Assembly: GCF_004010195.1 (NCBI RefSeq)
Contig: NC_057753.1
Location: 9,344,341-9,408,340 of the forward strand
Length of the DNA: 64,000 nucleotides
Source of the DNA: Chiloscyllium plagiosum
Lineage: Eukaryota
Reading direction: 5' to 3'
Every line of letters begins with the position of its first letter. The stretch's first letter is position 1. Of the stretch, positions 24,290-37,049 are shown in pieces. Made by a program: the position numbers and the translations under genes. The notes under the pieces were generated by a model. That model saw nothing but the letters and a program-made list of their open reading frames with translations, was not told where the DNA came from and did no database searches.

Positions 24290-24933
24290 GTGAGGACTGG
24301 AGATGCTGGAAGCCAGAGTTTAGATCAGAGTGGTGCTGGAAAAGCACAACAGGTCATGCAGCTTCCGAGGAGCAGGAAAATCGACGTTTCGGGCAAAAGC
24401 CCTTCATCAGGAATAGAGGGAGGACGCCTCCAGAGTGGAGAGATAAATTCGGGGTGGGGGGTGTGCTGGGGCGAAGGTAGCAAAGAGTAAAATAGGTGAA
24501 TGGTGGTGGGGATGGAGGCGACAGGTCAGAGAGGAGGGTTTACTGGATAGGTGGGAAGGGAGATTGGCAAGTAGGACAGGTCATGAGGTCAGTGCTGAGC
24601 TAGAAGGTTGGAACTGAGGTAAGGTGGGGGGAGGGGAAATGAGGAAACTGGTGAAGTCCACATTGATGCCCTGGGGTTGATGTGTTCCGAGGTGGAAGAT
24701 GAGGTGTTCTTCCTTCAGGCGTCTGGTGGGGAGGGAGTGGCGGTGAAGGATCCCCACGACCGACATGTCCTCGGCAGAGTGGGAGGTGGGGTTGAAATGT
24801 TGGGGCATAGGGCGATGGGGTTGATTGGTGCGGGTGTCCAGGAGATGTGACTTGACTCTCCAGTCTCCCCAATGTTGTAGAGATCGCATCGGGAGCAATA
24901 GATACAAAAAAATTACATTGGTGGATGTACAGG
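24290..24933 (-). mobile_element. Penelope-like element 3' part with hammerhead terminus
   Basis: Paralog of 4928-5552. Confidence 0.85.
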
Positions 24934-24941
24934 TCTAACGA

Positions 24942-24973
24942 CCGCGGCCTGGATTCGATTCCCGGGCAGCGAA
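24942..24973 (+). pseudogene. tRNA-Glu 3' half relic
   Basis: CCGCGGCCTGGATTCGATTCCCGGGCAGCGAA + GCAATTTTCAG. Confidence 0.6.
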
Positions 24974-25010
24974 GCAATTTTCAGTAGAGCTACGTAGCTG
25001 CATCCATATC

Positions 25011-25082
25011 TCCCTGGTTGTGTAGTGGTTAAGATTCGGCGCTCTCATTGCCGCGGCCCGGCTTCGATTCCCGGTCAGGGAA
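25011..25082 (+). tRNA. tRNA-Glu(CTC), probably pseudogene
   Basis: TCCCTGGTTGTGTAGTGGTTAAGATTCGGCGCTCTCATTGCCGCGGCCCGGCTTCGATTCCCGGTCAGGGAA; G53>C in the B box and D-stem changes. Confidence 0.75.
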
Positions 25083-25099
25083 GCAATTTTCAGCGCGTC

Positions 25100-25870
25100 T
25101 ATTGGCTAACCATTCTTCTTAAATGCGCTGTACATCTATTTATTGATCTTCATAGTTCCTGGGTGCTCCAGCGTGCAGTGGATCGTTGAAATAGTGTCCT
25201 GATTCAGAGTTGTTTGTATGTGGAGGGATGATTGCTTCTGTAGTGAAGTTCTTGGTTCGCGTGCGTTGTTTTCCTGAAGAGGCTGTTTTGAATTTACCAT
25301 TGACTGTTCGCTCTACTGTGACATCGAGAAATGGCACTTTGTTGTTGTTCTCCTCTTTAGTGAATTTTATGCCAGTAAGGATATTGTTGATGGTGTTATA
25401 GGTTTCCTCTAATTTGTTTCATTTTGTGGAAGAGTTGTTGTTCGAGTCTCAGCATTATTGCTTCTGCTAGGATTTCTGAAACTGGTGGTTTCATGGGTGT
25501 TCCTTTGATTTGTTTGTTAGTCTTGATACTGAATATGAAGTGGCTGGTAAAGCACAGCTCCACGAGCTTGACAGTATTATCTTTGCTGATGAAGTTGCTG
25601 CTGTTTGGTGTTTGTGTCTTTGGTTCTTCTAGTAGTGTCTTCAGTTTTCTTTGGCCACGTTGATGTTAATGGATGTGAACAGGGCTGTATGTCAAAGGAC
25701 AGCATTATTCCATCCTCTTCTACCTTGGTGTCTTTGGTGTTCAAGGATTCTTGGATGAAGTAACTGGAGTGGCATGAATCTTCGATTTGGTGTTTTAGTC
25801 TTCAGTAGAGGCCTTTGACTAGTCTGTATTTGGTGTTCCAAGTAGTGAGACTATGGCCTGAGGGGGGCTC
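25100..25870 (-). mobile_element. Penelope-like RT fragment
   Basis: SFDI..LFTSIN, GTPM.PP.S..LAEA.M, PFLDV motifs. Confidence 0.8.
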
Positions 25871-25879
25871 CTGGTTTGA

Positions 25880-26165
25880 AGAAGAGGAGAACAGCAGCAA
25901 AATGCCATTCCTTGATGTCACAGTAGAGCGAACAGTCAATGGGAGAACTTCAAACTAGCATCTACAGAAAAACAACACACACAAACCAAATACTTAACCA
26001 CAGAAGCAATCATTCCAAAACCCACAAACGAAGCTGCATCAGGACATTACTTCAACGAGCCACTACACACTGCAGCACAGAGAAACTACGAAGAACAGAA
26101 GAGAAAGACGTATATAGTGTATTTAAGGAGAACGGGTACCCAATAAACCCAGTCCGCCGATTTCA
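25880..26165 (+). mobile_element. Penelope-like RT thumb fragment
   Basis: PFLDVTVER..TSIYRKTTHT..NH..THKRSCIRTL..NGYP. Confidence 0.8.
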
Positions 26166-26395
26166 AATTGATGCTTCCAAGCTGACTCTCACAAATTCGG
26201 TTTGACCTTCCATTCTTTCCTATTTTATTTTGTTGGTTTTGAAAACTTTCCCAATCCTCTGAGTGAGTGTTGGAGTTGGGAAGTTATGTTGTGGCTGTAC
26301 AGGACATTAGAATATTGTGTAATACTGTTGGAATATTGTGTGCAATTCTGGTCTCCCTCCTATCAGAAGGATATTGTGAAATTTGAAAGGGTTCT

Positions 26396-26893
26396 GAAGC
26401 ACCAATGGGTCCACAGAGGGGAGAGGCCCTTCTGCTGCCCTGAGTGCGGGAAGGCCTTTAGTGATTCCTCTGCCCTGCTGACGCACCAGTTGGTCGACAC
26501 TGGGGAGAAGCCGTTCTTCTGCCCCGAGTGCAGGAAGGGATTTGCTCTTTCCTCTGACCCGCTGGCCCACTGGTGGGTCCACATGGGGGAGAGGTCGATC
26601 AGTTGCCCTACGTGAAGGAAGGCTTTCAGCAATTCCTCAGACCTGCTGAGCCACAAATCCGTCCACACTGGGGAGAAGCCATTTTCCTGCCCCGAGTGCG
26701 GGAAGGGCTTTACTCGCTCCTCCGCCCTGCTGAAGCACCAGTGTGTCCACAGCGGGGAGAGGCCCTTCAGCAGGCCCGAGTGTGTGAAGAGGTTCATGTT
26801 TTCCTGCAACTTGTGGAAGCACCAGCGGGGGCACCAACGCTCCCAGCAATCAGATCCCACCGGTGTTCTGCCTTGGGTCACCCCATGGACTGA
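26396..26893 (+). pseudogene. C2H2 zinc-finger pseudogene (~5.5 fingers)
   Basis: Paralog of 3804-4445; Cys>stop, frameshift, 5' end replaced by CR1. Confidence 0.9.
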
Positions 26894-28262
26894 ACCTCCT
26901 GCCAGTTCTGACAGTGGGTGCAGTGGGAGAGTAATTGGGCTGTTTTTGTTTTCTGCTGGACTGCAATTGCCTCCACCCCCCTCCCCCCCCCCACAACCAC
27001 AACCTCATGGTGGCTCAGGGGCGTCATGGTGACTCAGTGCTTAGCACTGTTGCCTCATGTCATCAGGAACCCAGGATCAATTCCACCCTTGGGGATCTGT
27101 GTGCAATTTGTGGAGGGTAGGAAAATGGATGTGACTGGGTTACTCTTCGGAGGATAAGTACAGATGTGTTGGGCTGAAGGACCCGTTTACACACTGTAGG
27201 AGTTCTACGATCCTATGAGCTTTGCTTTGAGTGGACACTGCTGCTCATTGAGCCCGGGACTGCACATTGGCAATGAAATGATCTAGAGAAACCTAAGACC
27301 GCAAGACCGTCGGAGCAGAAGTTATGCCATTCGGCCTGTCGAGTCTACTCTTCCATTCGTTCGAGTCAAAAAAATTGCAGATGAGATTAGCTACAGTGTG
27401 GAAACAGGCCATTTGTCCCAATAAGTCCACACCGACCCTTTGAAGAGTAACACACCCAGACCCATTTCCCTCTGACTAATGCACCTAACTCTATGGGCAA
27501 TTAAGCATGGCTAATCCACATGACTTTCACATCTTTGGACAGGACCACCCAGAGAAAACCCACGCAGACACTGGGAGAATGTGCAAACTCCTCACAGACA
27601 GTCACCCAAGGCTGGAATCAAACCTGGGTCCCTGGTACTGTGAGGCTGCAGGGGTAACCACTGATCCACTACATATTGCAACCCGAAGTAGGCAAGCAAG
27701 AGGTTGGGAGAATACAGCAAGCCAGGCAGCACCAGAATGTTGAGTAGTCAACGTTTTGGGTATTTACCGTTCTTCAGGACTGAAACGTTGACTTCTCTAT
27801 GAGAAACGATTTACAGAATGTTGCTGGGGGTTGGAGGGTTTGCGCTACAGGGAGAGGCTGAATAGGCTGGGGCTGTTTTCACTGGAGCATCGGAGGCAGA
27901 GGAGTGACCTAATAGAGGTTAAAAATTCATGAGAGGTATGGACAGGGTAATAGACAAGGTCTTTTCCCTGGGATGGGGGAGTCCAGAACTAGAGGGCATA
28001 GGTTTAGGATGAGAGGCGAAATATATTAAAGGGACAACTTCTTCATACCGAGGGTGGTACATATATGAAATGGGCTGCCACAGGATATGGGTCAGGTGGT
28101 GTCAAATGGGACGAGATTAATTTAGGATTTCAGGTCAGCATGGAAAAGTTGGACAGAAGGGTCTGTTTCCGTGCTGTATGTTTCTCTGACTACTGGTCCT
28201 GATGTCAGTTTAAAATAGAGTCCAAGTAAATTTGAAGAGTTCAATCTTGTTGAGCTCACCTC

Positions 28263-28509
28263 ATAGAACATAGAACATAGAACAATACAGCACATTACAG
28301 GCCCTTCGGCCCACAATGTTGCACCGAACATTTGTCCTAGCTTAAGCACCTATCCATGTACCTATCCAATTGCCGCTTAAAGGTCACCAATGATGCTTAC
28401 TCTGCCACTCCCACAGGCAGCGCATTCCATGCACCCACCGCTCTCTGGGTAAAGAATCTACCCCGACATCCCCCCAATACCTTCCACCCTTCATCTTAAA
28501 TTTATGTCC
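28263..28509 (-). mobile_element. Young CR1 3' end insertion, arm-specific
   Basis: (CATAGAA)n tail; absent from the left arm at ~2450; CCTC repeated at both junctions. Confidence 0.8.
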
Positions 28510-28843
28510 CCTCCTCAAATGTTTCAAATGAATCCGTCCGAGTGATACTGTTTAAACATGCTGAGTTGGACAAAACATCCTATCAAGTTCAACACAAACC
28601 CAGAGTTGATGAAGTCAGAAGTCACACGATACCAAGGGGACCAAAACTGATCACAATATTCCAGGTGCAACCACATCAACGTCCAGTATAACTACACTAT
28701 AACTTCCCAACATCTATATTCAATTCCCTAACTGATGAAGGTTAGTGTGCCTAAACCTTTCTTCACTGCCTTGTGTAGCGATGTTAATAGAGAAATAGGA
28801 TCTACTTTAAACTGATCCACAATGCAGCTGCTGGGAACCCAGA

Positions 28844-28915
28844 AGCAGATGAGTGCTGCGTGAGTGTGCTGGGCACATAACACAGAGGTCGATGGGTCAA
28901 AACCATGTGATGCTA
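28844..28915 (+). pseudogene. tRNA-iMet(CAT) pseudogene
   Basis: AGCAGA..GTGCTGGGCACATAACACAGAGGTCGATGGGTCAAAACCAT....GCTA, 72 nt, degenerate acceptor stem. Confidence 0.75.
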
Positions 28916-29679
28916 TTGCTCAATGTCTCTGTCAGCTGCTTTCCTTGGCAAAGGTGCTCTGCTCTGTATCTTGCCTTTGCATTTGCTTCCCAACGCTTCT
29001 ACAGTGGAGGAATGGCAGCTGGAGCACAGGCGCTCAACGACCCCCCGGTGCTGGAGGAAGGTCCAAGCTCCAAGAAGCGGGGTGTAAGGCTGGAGGCTTG
29101 ATTTGCTCAAGGCTTGTATCTATTAACTTATTTAAATGGTACCTACTGTATGGGGCTATGGTTTACATTAAAACCGGAGGATTATGTCAGAGTGCTTGTT
29201 GATATTTAGCAGTTGTAGTTCGTAAAATACACTCCCTGGAGGAGCACCTTCTATGATGCTGCATTTCTTGCCTTCTGCCCATCCCCCATTTGTAATCTCC
29301 CATCTTGATTTTATTTTTTTTTGGTCAAATTTGATTTCATATTAATCAGACTTGGTATTCACTGTGTGCTATTAATTTGTTTCTTCGAATATTGTAAGTC
29401 AAAATTAATGCTGTAATTTCATTTCTGATGTCAGAGTTTGACATTGAATGTGTAGGTGTGAATGCCAGTAAGTTGTGAAAATAAATCAATAACTTGTGAT
29501 TTTATAGCTAAAAGAGCAGTTCACCGCTATCAATGGCATTGTCTCATTTGAAGGTGATGAGTTGAGCCTGACCAACATACCTTTTCATGCAGTCACCCAA
29601 TTTAATTAAAATTTTCTTTCACTTAATTGAAGATAATAACTCTGGCATGCTAAAATTTATACAATTTGTTTATGAGATT

Positions 29680-30085
29680 TATTTATATGTCCATTGCTCT
29701 GCCACATTGGGGAGACTGAATGCCAACTTGCAGAACATTTCAGGGAACAGCTCTCGGACTCCAAAACTAAACGACCCCACCGCCCTGTGGCTGAATACTT
29801 TAACTCCCCCTCCCAATCCGTCAAGGGCATGCAAGTCCTGGGCCGCCTCCACTGCCAAACTCAAAAGCTGTCCTACCTTTACATCTTGCATCCCACCTAT
29901 TCGCTTCACCCTCCATCGTCTTACCTCTCACGATCTCTCCCCACCTCCATCGACCTATTTCATTCACAGCTATCTCCCCTCCAGCCCCATACCCTTCCCA
30001 ATTATCTCTCAGCCCCTTTGACCAACCTTCATTCCTGATGAAGAAGTTATGCTCTAAACCAGGACTGTGATGAAGGAGCATCCTT
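29680..30085 (+). mobile_element. Penelope-like GIY-YIG remnant
   Basis: HIGETECQLAEHFREQL..RPVAEYFNSPS..MQVLG, ending in cctgatgaag. Confidence 0.7.
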
Positions 30086-30220
30086 AATAAGAAAGAGCTC
30101 CTAATTCAGATGTGTTCCCCGTTTGTTTCCCTGTTCTTCTAGAAATAAGAAATGTCCTTTTCTTCCACTAGAAAGTGGTCTTACACTTTGCGGTGTCTGA
30201 AGTGTTATACCACTCCACTC

Positions 30221-30793
30221 CGATTCTTAGGATGATTTTTCACACCTGAGTGCAACATAAATACAGATCATTGATTTCAGCTTTGGTGGAACAAAAAACA
30301 GCAAATTGGTGGATAATTACAGTTAGTGCAAACAAAGCTAGGGATCGATAAAGATTAACTCAGTTCACTTCAATGGCCAAATTACATTTTGAAAACCAAG
30401 TACACTCAGACGACATGTGAAAGTGGTTCATAGGAGGAGAAATGGGGCATTGAAGAGGAGTGAAATGATTGCTTTTGGTCACCGCCACCTTTTAAGAATC
30501 CTTTCAACCTGTTTTTCGGACAATGGTGGCGGTGACCAAAAGCAATCATTTCACTCCTCTTCAATGCCCCATTTCTCCTCCTATGCACCACTTTGACATG
30601 TTGTCTGAGTGTACTTGGTTTTCAAAATGTCATTTGGCCATTGAAGTGAACAGGGTTAATCTTTATCGATCACTAGCTTTGTTTGCACTAACTGTAATTA
30701 TCCACCAATTTGCTGTTTTTTGTTCCACCAAAGCTGGAAACAATGATCTGTATTTATGTTGCACTCAGGTGTGAAAAATCATCCTAAGAATCG
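30221..30793. repeat. Long inverted repeat (foldback), 269-bp arms, 35-nt loop
   Basis: 30221-30489 is the reverse complement of 30525-30793; about 9 mismatches counted by eye, no indels. Confidence 0.95.
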
Positions 30794-31204
30794 TCATATT
30801 ATTATAGTTGACTGAAGCTATAACAGGAGGCATTGTGTGGCAGTTTCAGACTAAAACCTTGGCTGGAAAGAATGTAGATTGATGAGGAAAGTCAAAAAGC
30901 AGAAGCTCTGGCCACAATCTATCAGTCTGGTTTGATTAAGTGGTCGCTCTTCAAAAGCACCTTCCAAGCCATCATCTCAACCACCAAGAGCAGGTAAGTG
31001 TGAACACAGCATTCCAACAGTGAAATATATCGCATTGCTTCTTTGTTATTGATCAAAATCCTGGAATTCGCTCCTGAACATTATTGCAGACCACATCATA
31101 TTTGTGAAGCAAGTTAAGAGGCAGCTCAGCACCACTTTTTCAAGGACAATTTGGGAAGGGTTGTTGGCAGAGCCAATGATATTCACATCTCATGAAATAA
31201 TAAG

Positions 31205-32128
31205 CAAAGAGGTATGGATAGAGGATTGGCTAACCAATGATACAATTGGGATAAGGGGAATGTTCAGGATAGCAAATTGTAACTAGTAGTGTGCTACAGG
31301 GATCAGAGCTGGGTCCAAAATTATTTACAAAATGTATATGAATTCCTTGGATAAGTAAAGTGAATATACTATTGCCAAGATTGCAGAAAAGATGGTTGAT
31401 GGGAAGGCAGGTGGTAAGAATGACATGAAATATCTGGAGAGGGAGAAAGACAGGTTAAGCAAATGAGCAAACCCTTGGCAGATGGAATAGAATTTGGGGA
31501 AATGAGGTTGTGTACTTTGCCAGGAGGAAAAGTGCTGAAAGTTAAATGGAGAAAGCTGTTGAATAGAGGGATTTGGAAGCCCATATACATACATCTCTTC
31601 AGCCAAGTTCAGTGAGTAATAGGAAAGGCAAATGGGAGGTTGACCTTTAAAGAGAGTACAAAAGTAGGGAGGTTATCGTGAACCTATGTCAGGCACCAGT
31701 CAGGCCACAACTGAACACTGGGAGGGTCCTTTGCCTAAGGAAAGATATACTGGCTTTGGAGGCAGTCCAGAGAAGGTTCACCAGGATGAAAAGTATATCG
31801 TATGAAGTGAAGTGAAGAGGTTGGGCCCGTACTTATTAGCAGTTAGAAGATTTAGAGGTAACCTTATTTTTACATAAAAGATTCTGAGGAGACTTGACAG
31901 GGTTGATGTGGAAAAGTTTACCTGTGTGGGTGAGTCTAGCACCAGAGGGAATAACCTGCAAATGAGGGATTGCATGTTGAAGACAGATAGGAATTGTTAC
32001 TGAGGGCAGTAAATCTGTGCAACATGTTACTACAGAATGTTGTTAAGTGCATTCAAAGCTGTCAGATTTTTTTTAACCAGTGAGGGAATTGAGGATTATG
32101 GGGAAATGGCAGGGAATTGGAGTTGATC
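31205..32128 (+). mobile_element. Old CR1 LINE ORF2 fragment
   Basis: WIEDWLT, VLQGSELGP, degenerate KFAD motif. Confidence 0.7.
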
Positions 32129-32129
32129 C

Positions 32130-32629
32130 NNNNNNNNNNNNNNNNNNNNNNNNNNNNNNNNNNNNNNNNNNNNNNNNNNNNNNNNNNNNNNNNNNNNNNN
32201 NNNNNNNNNNNNNNNNNNNNNNNNNNNNNNNNNNNNNNNNNNNNNNNNNNNNNNNNNNNNNNNNNNNNNNNNNNNNNNNNNNNNNNNNNNNNNNNNNNNN
32301 NNNNNNNNNNNNNNNNNNNNNNNNNNNNNNNNNNNNNNNNNNNNNNNNNNNNNNNNNNNNNNNNNNNNNNNNNNNNNNNNNNNNNNNNNNNNNNNNNNNN
32401 NNNNNNNNNNNNNNNNNNNNNNNNNNNNNNNNNNNNNNNNNNNNNNNNNNNNNNNNNNNNNNNNNNNNNNNNNNNNNNNNNNNNNNNNNNNNNNNNNNNN
32501 NNNNNNNNNNNNNNNNNNNNNNNNNNNNNNNNNNNNNNNNNNNNNNNNNNNNNNNNNNNNNNNNNNNNNNNNNNNNNNNNNNNNNNNNNNNNNNNNNNNN
32601 NNNNNNNNNNNNNNNNNNNNNNNNNNNNN
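32130..32629. other. Assembly gap (500 N)
   Basis: N run. Confidence 0.99.
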
Positions 32630-32756
32630 TTCTGAAAAGATTTACAAAGATGCTGCCAGGGTTGAGAGTTTGAGCTGCTGCAAGAGGCTGAAATAGACGG
32701 GGGCTATTTTCCCTGGAGGGTCAGAGGCTGAGGGGTGACCTTACAGACGGTTTTGC

Positions 32757-33599
32757 TGTAGAAGTGTTTTAGAAAAAAAAACTCAAACCTTTTTCCGATT
32801 GTTGCCTTTGCCAATATCCATTGGACATCAGTGAAGTCCCTAAGCCCAGACGAATCGGACCCTCTGTCTTTTCTATCAAAATGCCGTAAAAAGTTAGCAG
32901 GCCATGATAATGACTTTTCAATTTAGTCAATCAATTAAATCAGGTCCTTTGCCTACCAAACCTATTAAATTTAAATCTGATGGCCTTGACAACACAGGAC
33001 CAATCCTATCGTAAAAAATTGATATGGCATCAAGAGTATAAAAGAAGAGGGCAGTTGGACAGAGCCCCAGAGCTAACTCCCCATTGCTGGAGCTAAGAGT
33101 CCTCAGCACTAGAGAGAAATCAGCTCTGACAGTCATCTGTGACTGAAAGAAAGCATCATTTCCAAAAAAAAAACAGAACAGCAGGAATTAGAGGAGGCAT
33201 TCCTGACAAAAGATTTGATGGAAGGAGGCATAAAATATTCTGGAAGATAAGTAACCTGGCTGTATTCTGAGAGACTAAATTCTATTTTTTGTTATATTAG
33301 TGGGTCTTGTATTTATTGGAATAGCATATGACAAGAATCCTGTTTTATTACAGAATAGTCAGTAGTTTGAAGGGGTTTATTCAGTTAATAGTTGAGTTCA
33401 GTTGTTCACAATTCAAGTTGGATACATGAATTGCTTTTTGTTGATTTTAACGTGTCAGGGATTTATTTTATTTTTACGACTAGAGCAGATTACACCAATT
33501 TTCACACTAATTTTATAGATTATAGGGCAACGTGCTCCTCTTTTGACATATTGGATTCAGATCTGAGAGAGGAGGGGGGTCAGCATTCGCTTTATAACA
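32757..33599 (+). mobile_element. Possible solo LTR
   Basis: TG...ACA ends, internal TATAAAAG, AT-rich U5-like segment; no TSD found. Confidence 0.25.
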
Positions 33600-34469
33600 G
33601 TATCGACGTGACATTCTGCTGCATGCAATGGAGTCATTATTAATCCCAGCCTCTCACTCTGGTTGAGGGTGAATCGCCTTAATTTGACTACTGACTCAGA
33701 AACTGCAGAGACAATTAACTGTTGAAACAATGATTTACACATTATTGCAGGTAGCAACCAAAAATAAAACCTCTCAAGTAAGCAAGTTTAGCCTCACCGC
33801 CCCCGCCCCCATCTTGGATATCACCCAATTGATGGCAGAATATAACAGGGTTTCCACTGACACTTCTGGAAGTTTACAGGGGTTTGATGCAGTGGAACAA
33901 GTTCTGTACTTTAATCATTCTGGAGTTGAATTCTGGAGGAGTTCCCTCACTTTCAAATTTGTGTGACGTTTCTTTAGATTCTAACATGCTTCCCTACACT
34001 TCTGGAGATCTCAGGTCTGAGCTTACCTTCATTCCTTGAGGGTTTGCTGCCTGTTTGAAACAGCCTGTCCTGCAATTAAACCCCTTTAAGTCAGGGTCTT
34101 CCTTCTGCAGGCAGAATTAATTGTCCTTTTGTCACACAGTTATTAAACACCATTATCTTATCTGTCCAAAGAAACAGCTCATTGTGCTGCCTCCTCTTTC
34201 CCAGCAATGGTTAATGTATGTTATTTGTGAACTCCCTTGTAGCAGTTTCTCGTTGGACCTAATGTTTCTTGGTTCAGGAAGAGTTATTGCTAACTCATGA
34301 AGTTATCAAAGTTCTGGAGTTTACAGGACCACACCACATTCCTCTCTACCTCCTCCAGGAATAACAATTGCTCCTTAGATACTGGCAGTTCCTGACATCC
34401 CTTGGTATCCCCATGTCAGGAAATCATTAGTGCTGCCCTGACACCAGACCGTCACCGATGGAACAGGAT

Positions 34470-35200
34470 TATGGGGAGAAAATGCAGAAATCCGAAGGGT
34501 AAAGAGACTTGGGAGTTTGAGTCCAGGATTTTCTCAAGATAAACTTGCAGGTTGAGTCAGTAGTTAGGAAGGAAAATGCTATGATGGCATTTATTTTGGC
34601 AGGACTTGAATACAAAAGTAGGGATGTACTTCTGAGACTCTATAAAGCTCTGATCAGGCCACATTTGGAGCATTGTGCGCAGTTTTGGGCCTCATATTTA
34701 GTAAGGATGTATTGGCCCAGGAGAGTGTTCAGAGGAGATTCACGAGAATGGTCCCTGGAATGAAATATTTAACATATGAGGAACCTATGAGTACTCTGGT
34801 ATAATTGATGGAGTTTAGAAGGATATGGGGGGTTCCAGTTGAAACCTACAGGACACTGAACGGCCTGGACAGAGTGGATGTTGGGAAGGTGTTTCCATTG
34901 ATAGGTGAGACTGGGACCCAAGGGCACAGCCTTAGAGTAAAGGGAAGACCCTTTAGTTGCGAGATAAGGAGAAACTTCTCCAGCAAGAGGGTGGTGTATC
35001 TAGGGACTTTGCTGCCACAGAAGGCTGTGGAGGCTAGGTCATTGAGCATATTTAAGATGGAGATAGAAATGTTCTTGAGTATCAAGGGGATCAAGGGTTA
35101 TGGTGAGAATGGGCTTGAGAAACTTAACAGCCACGATTGAATGGTGGAGTAGACTCAATGGGCTGAATGGCCTAATTTCAGCTCCTATTGTCTTATGCTA
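34470..35200 (+). mobile_element. CR1 LINE 3' fragment
   Basis: LYKALIRPHLEHCAQFW, GHSLRV, RRNFSS.RVV plus tail. Confidence 0.8.
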
Positions 35201-37049
35201 ATGTGTGGAGGGGTGAGGAGGGGGCAGAGGGATGAAGAATGGAGTAGAATTAAGGGGAAGCTGGATACAGACACGAGGGGGAAAGGAAGAGAAGGAAATA
35301 TAAGAATTGTACAATAAGTGACAATAAATGACTTGCATGCAGAGGGATCTGTGCATATAGATCCCTGAAAAAGTGACAACAGAAGTCGGTATGGTGGTCA
35401 AGAAGGCACATAGTACGCTTGCCTTCCCTGAGTGTAAGAGTTGGCAAGATGTGTTACAGCTACTTATTCCAGCCACATTCAGAATATTGCATGCAGTTCT
35501 GATCAGCACCCTACCAGAAGGACGTGGACACTCTGGGAGAGGGTGCTTTAGTCAAGGGTTAATGTCGAGTAATAGGAGTAAGGGAATGAGTCTTGTCGGT
35601 TACTCTTCAGAGGGTCAGTGTGCACATGATGCGCCAAATGGTCTTTTCCACACTGTAGGGATTCTATGATACCCAGAGGCTTTTTTATTTGCCAGGGTGA
35701 AAAGGTCAACTACAAGAGGGGACAGGTTCAAGGCGAGAGGAGCACAGTCTAGGGGAGAAGTTGAGGGGGGGGGGCGGGGAGGCTTTTCGCAGAGGACTGA
35801 TGGTTGGTGGAAGCAGGCACCTTAACAATGCTTAAGGTGTATCTTGACAGACATGAAGGGGAGGCGAACAGAGGGATAAATACCGCACATGGGCAATAAA
35901 TAGCAGGTCCAAGTGAGGATTTAGAATTGGCACAGGCTTGACGGAGTGCCTAAGCCAAATAAGGGCTTGTGACTGTGCTGTATTGTACTGATGCAGGTTT
36001 TCCCCACTACCTTTCATAAGGCAAAATAGCGTAAAGCGAAGAAGCAATTAATTCATTTATATCGTAGTCAAATGTTTTGACTACTTTTTAAGGTTAAATT
36101 TAGGGGGTCAACTGTTACATGGATACTATTTCTGAGGGGCTGAAATTCATGCCTGTCAAGATTCATACCGCATCATAAGCAGAAGCTCAACTGATGAATA
36201 AAGCAAAAAAAAAACCTAATTATGATAATTCTGAAAACTGAGTGAAATGTACAGATAACGGACTAGAAGACGGGAGCAGAGCCGAACAACCGACAGGCTG
36301 CAAAGCTGGAGTGGAACATGACGGCCAGCACACTGACTCACAAACATTCGTCTGTTGTCTTATGAAGAACTAGGGTCAACGTTTACATGATCAGACTACT
36401 TTTCACAACACTTGCAAAAAAAATCAAACACGCCCAATTTGCCATGCATGGAGAACAGGAAATATACTAAAGCTTTCCAGCATTCAGGCACAACTATACA
36501 TATGCACATGTCCATATAAATACTGGGTAGGTTGATCCTTTGGAAGATAACAATCGCAAAGAAGTGAAACTCTTCAACAAGATGCTGGATTTGGTAGAAT
36601 GATTAATTAGTATGCTCACTCTCCTCCCTCCATCACATCACTGGGCAAGACATAACCCTAGGATCTAAATAACACACACACACACACACAATCCTACCCA
36701 ATGACTGCATGTGACCACATTTTACGTGCAATTACTTCAAATCACATTTATAAAACATAACCAGAGAGGTTTACACAGGCTCTCGTACACAATATTGCCT
36801 GTGACCTTCTACAGCGCTGTGAAGTGCTGCAAATCCCATGATGACAGTATTTCATATCCAATGTGTTAAATAACATTGTATATCTTATAAAAAGAGGTAT
36901 ATATACACACATTATACATAATTGAATATCGGAACAGTTCAGTCAGATGGTACAGCCTGCCCTCCTACATGGATTATAGAAGGTGTATGGAGGATTAGAT
37001 GGTGATTCTAATAGAAATTATGTTTGTTTTAGGAATGGGAGTGATTGTG

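Larger units (their letters stand above)
22672..28650. repeat. Right arm of large inverted segmental duplication
   Basis: Reverse complement of 2316-7179 with arm-specific insertions and deletions. Confidence 0.9.

Noticed and set aside
28930..29101. Polypyrimidine tract, CAG and short GC-rich frame
   Set aside because: Weak donor and no recognisable product
36672..36690. (CA)n tract and poly-G/C runs (2117-2133, 46088-46101)
   Set aside because: Ordinary simple repeats
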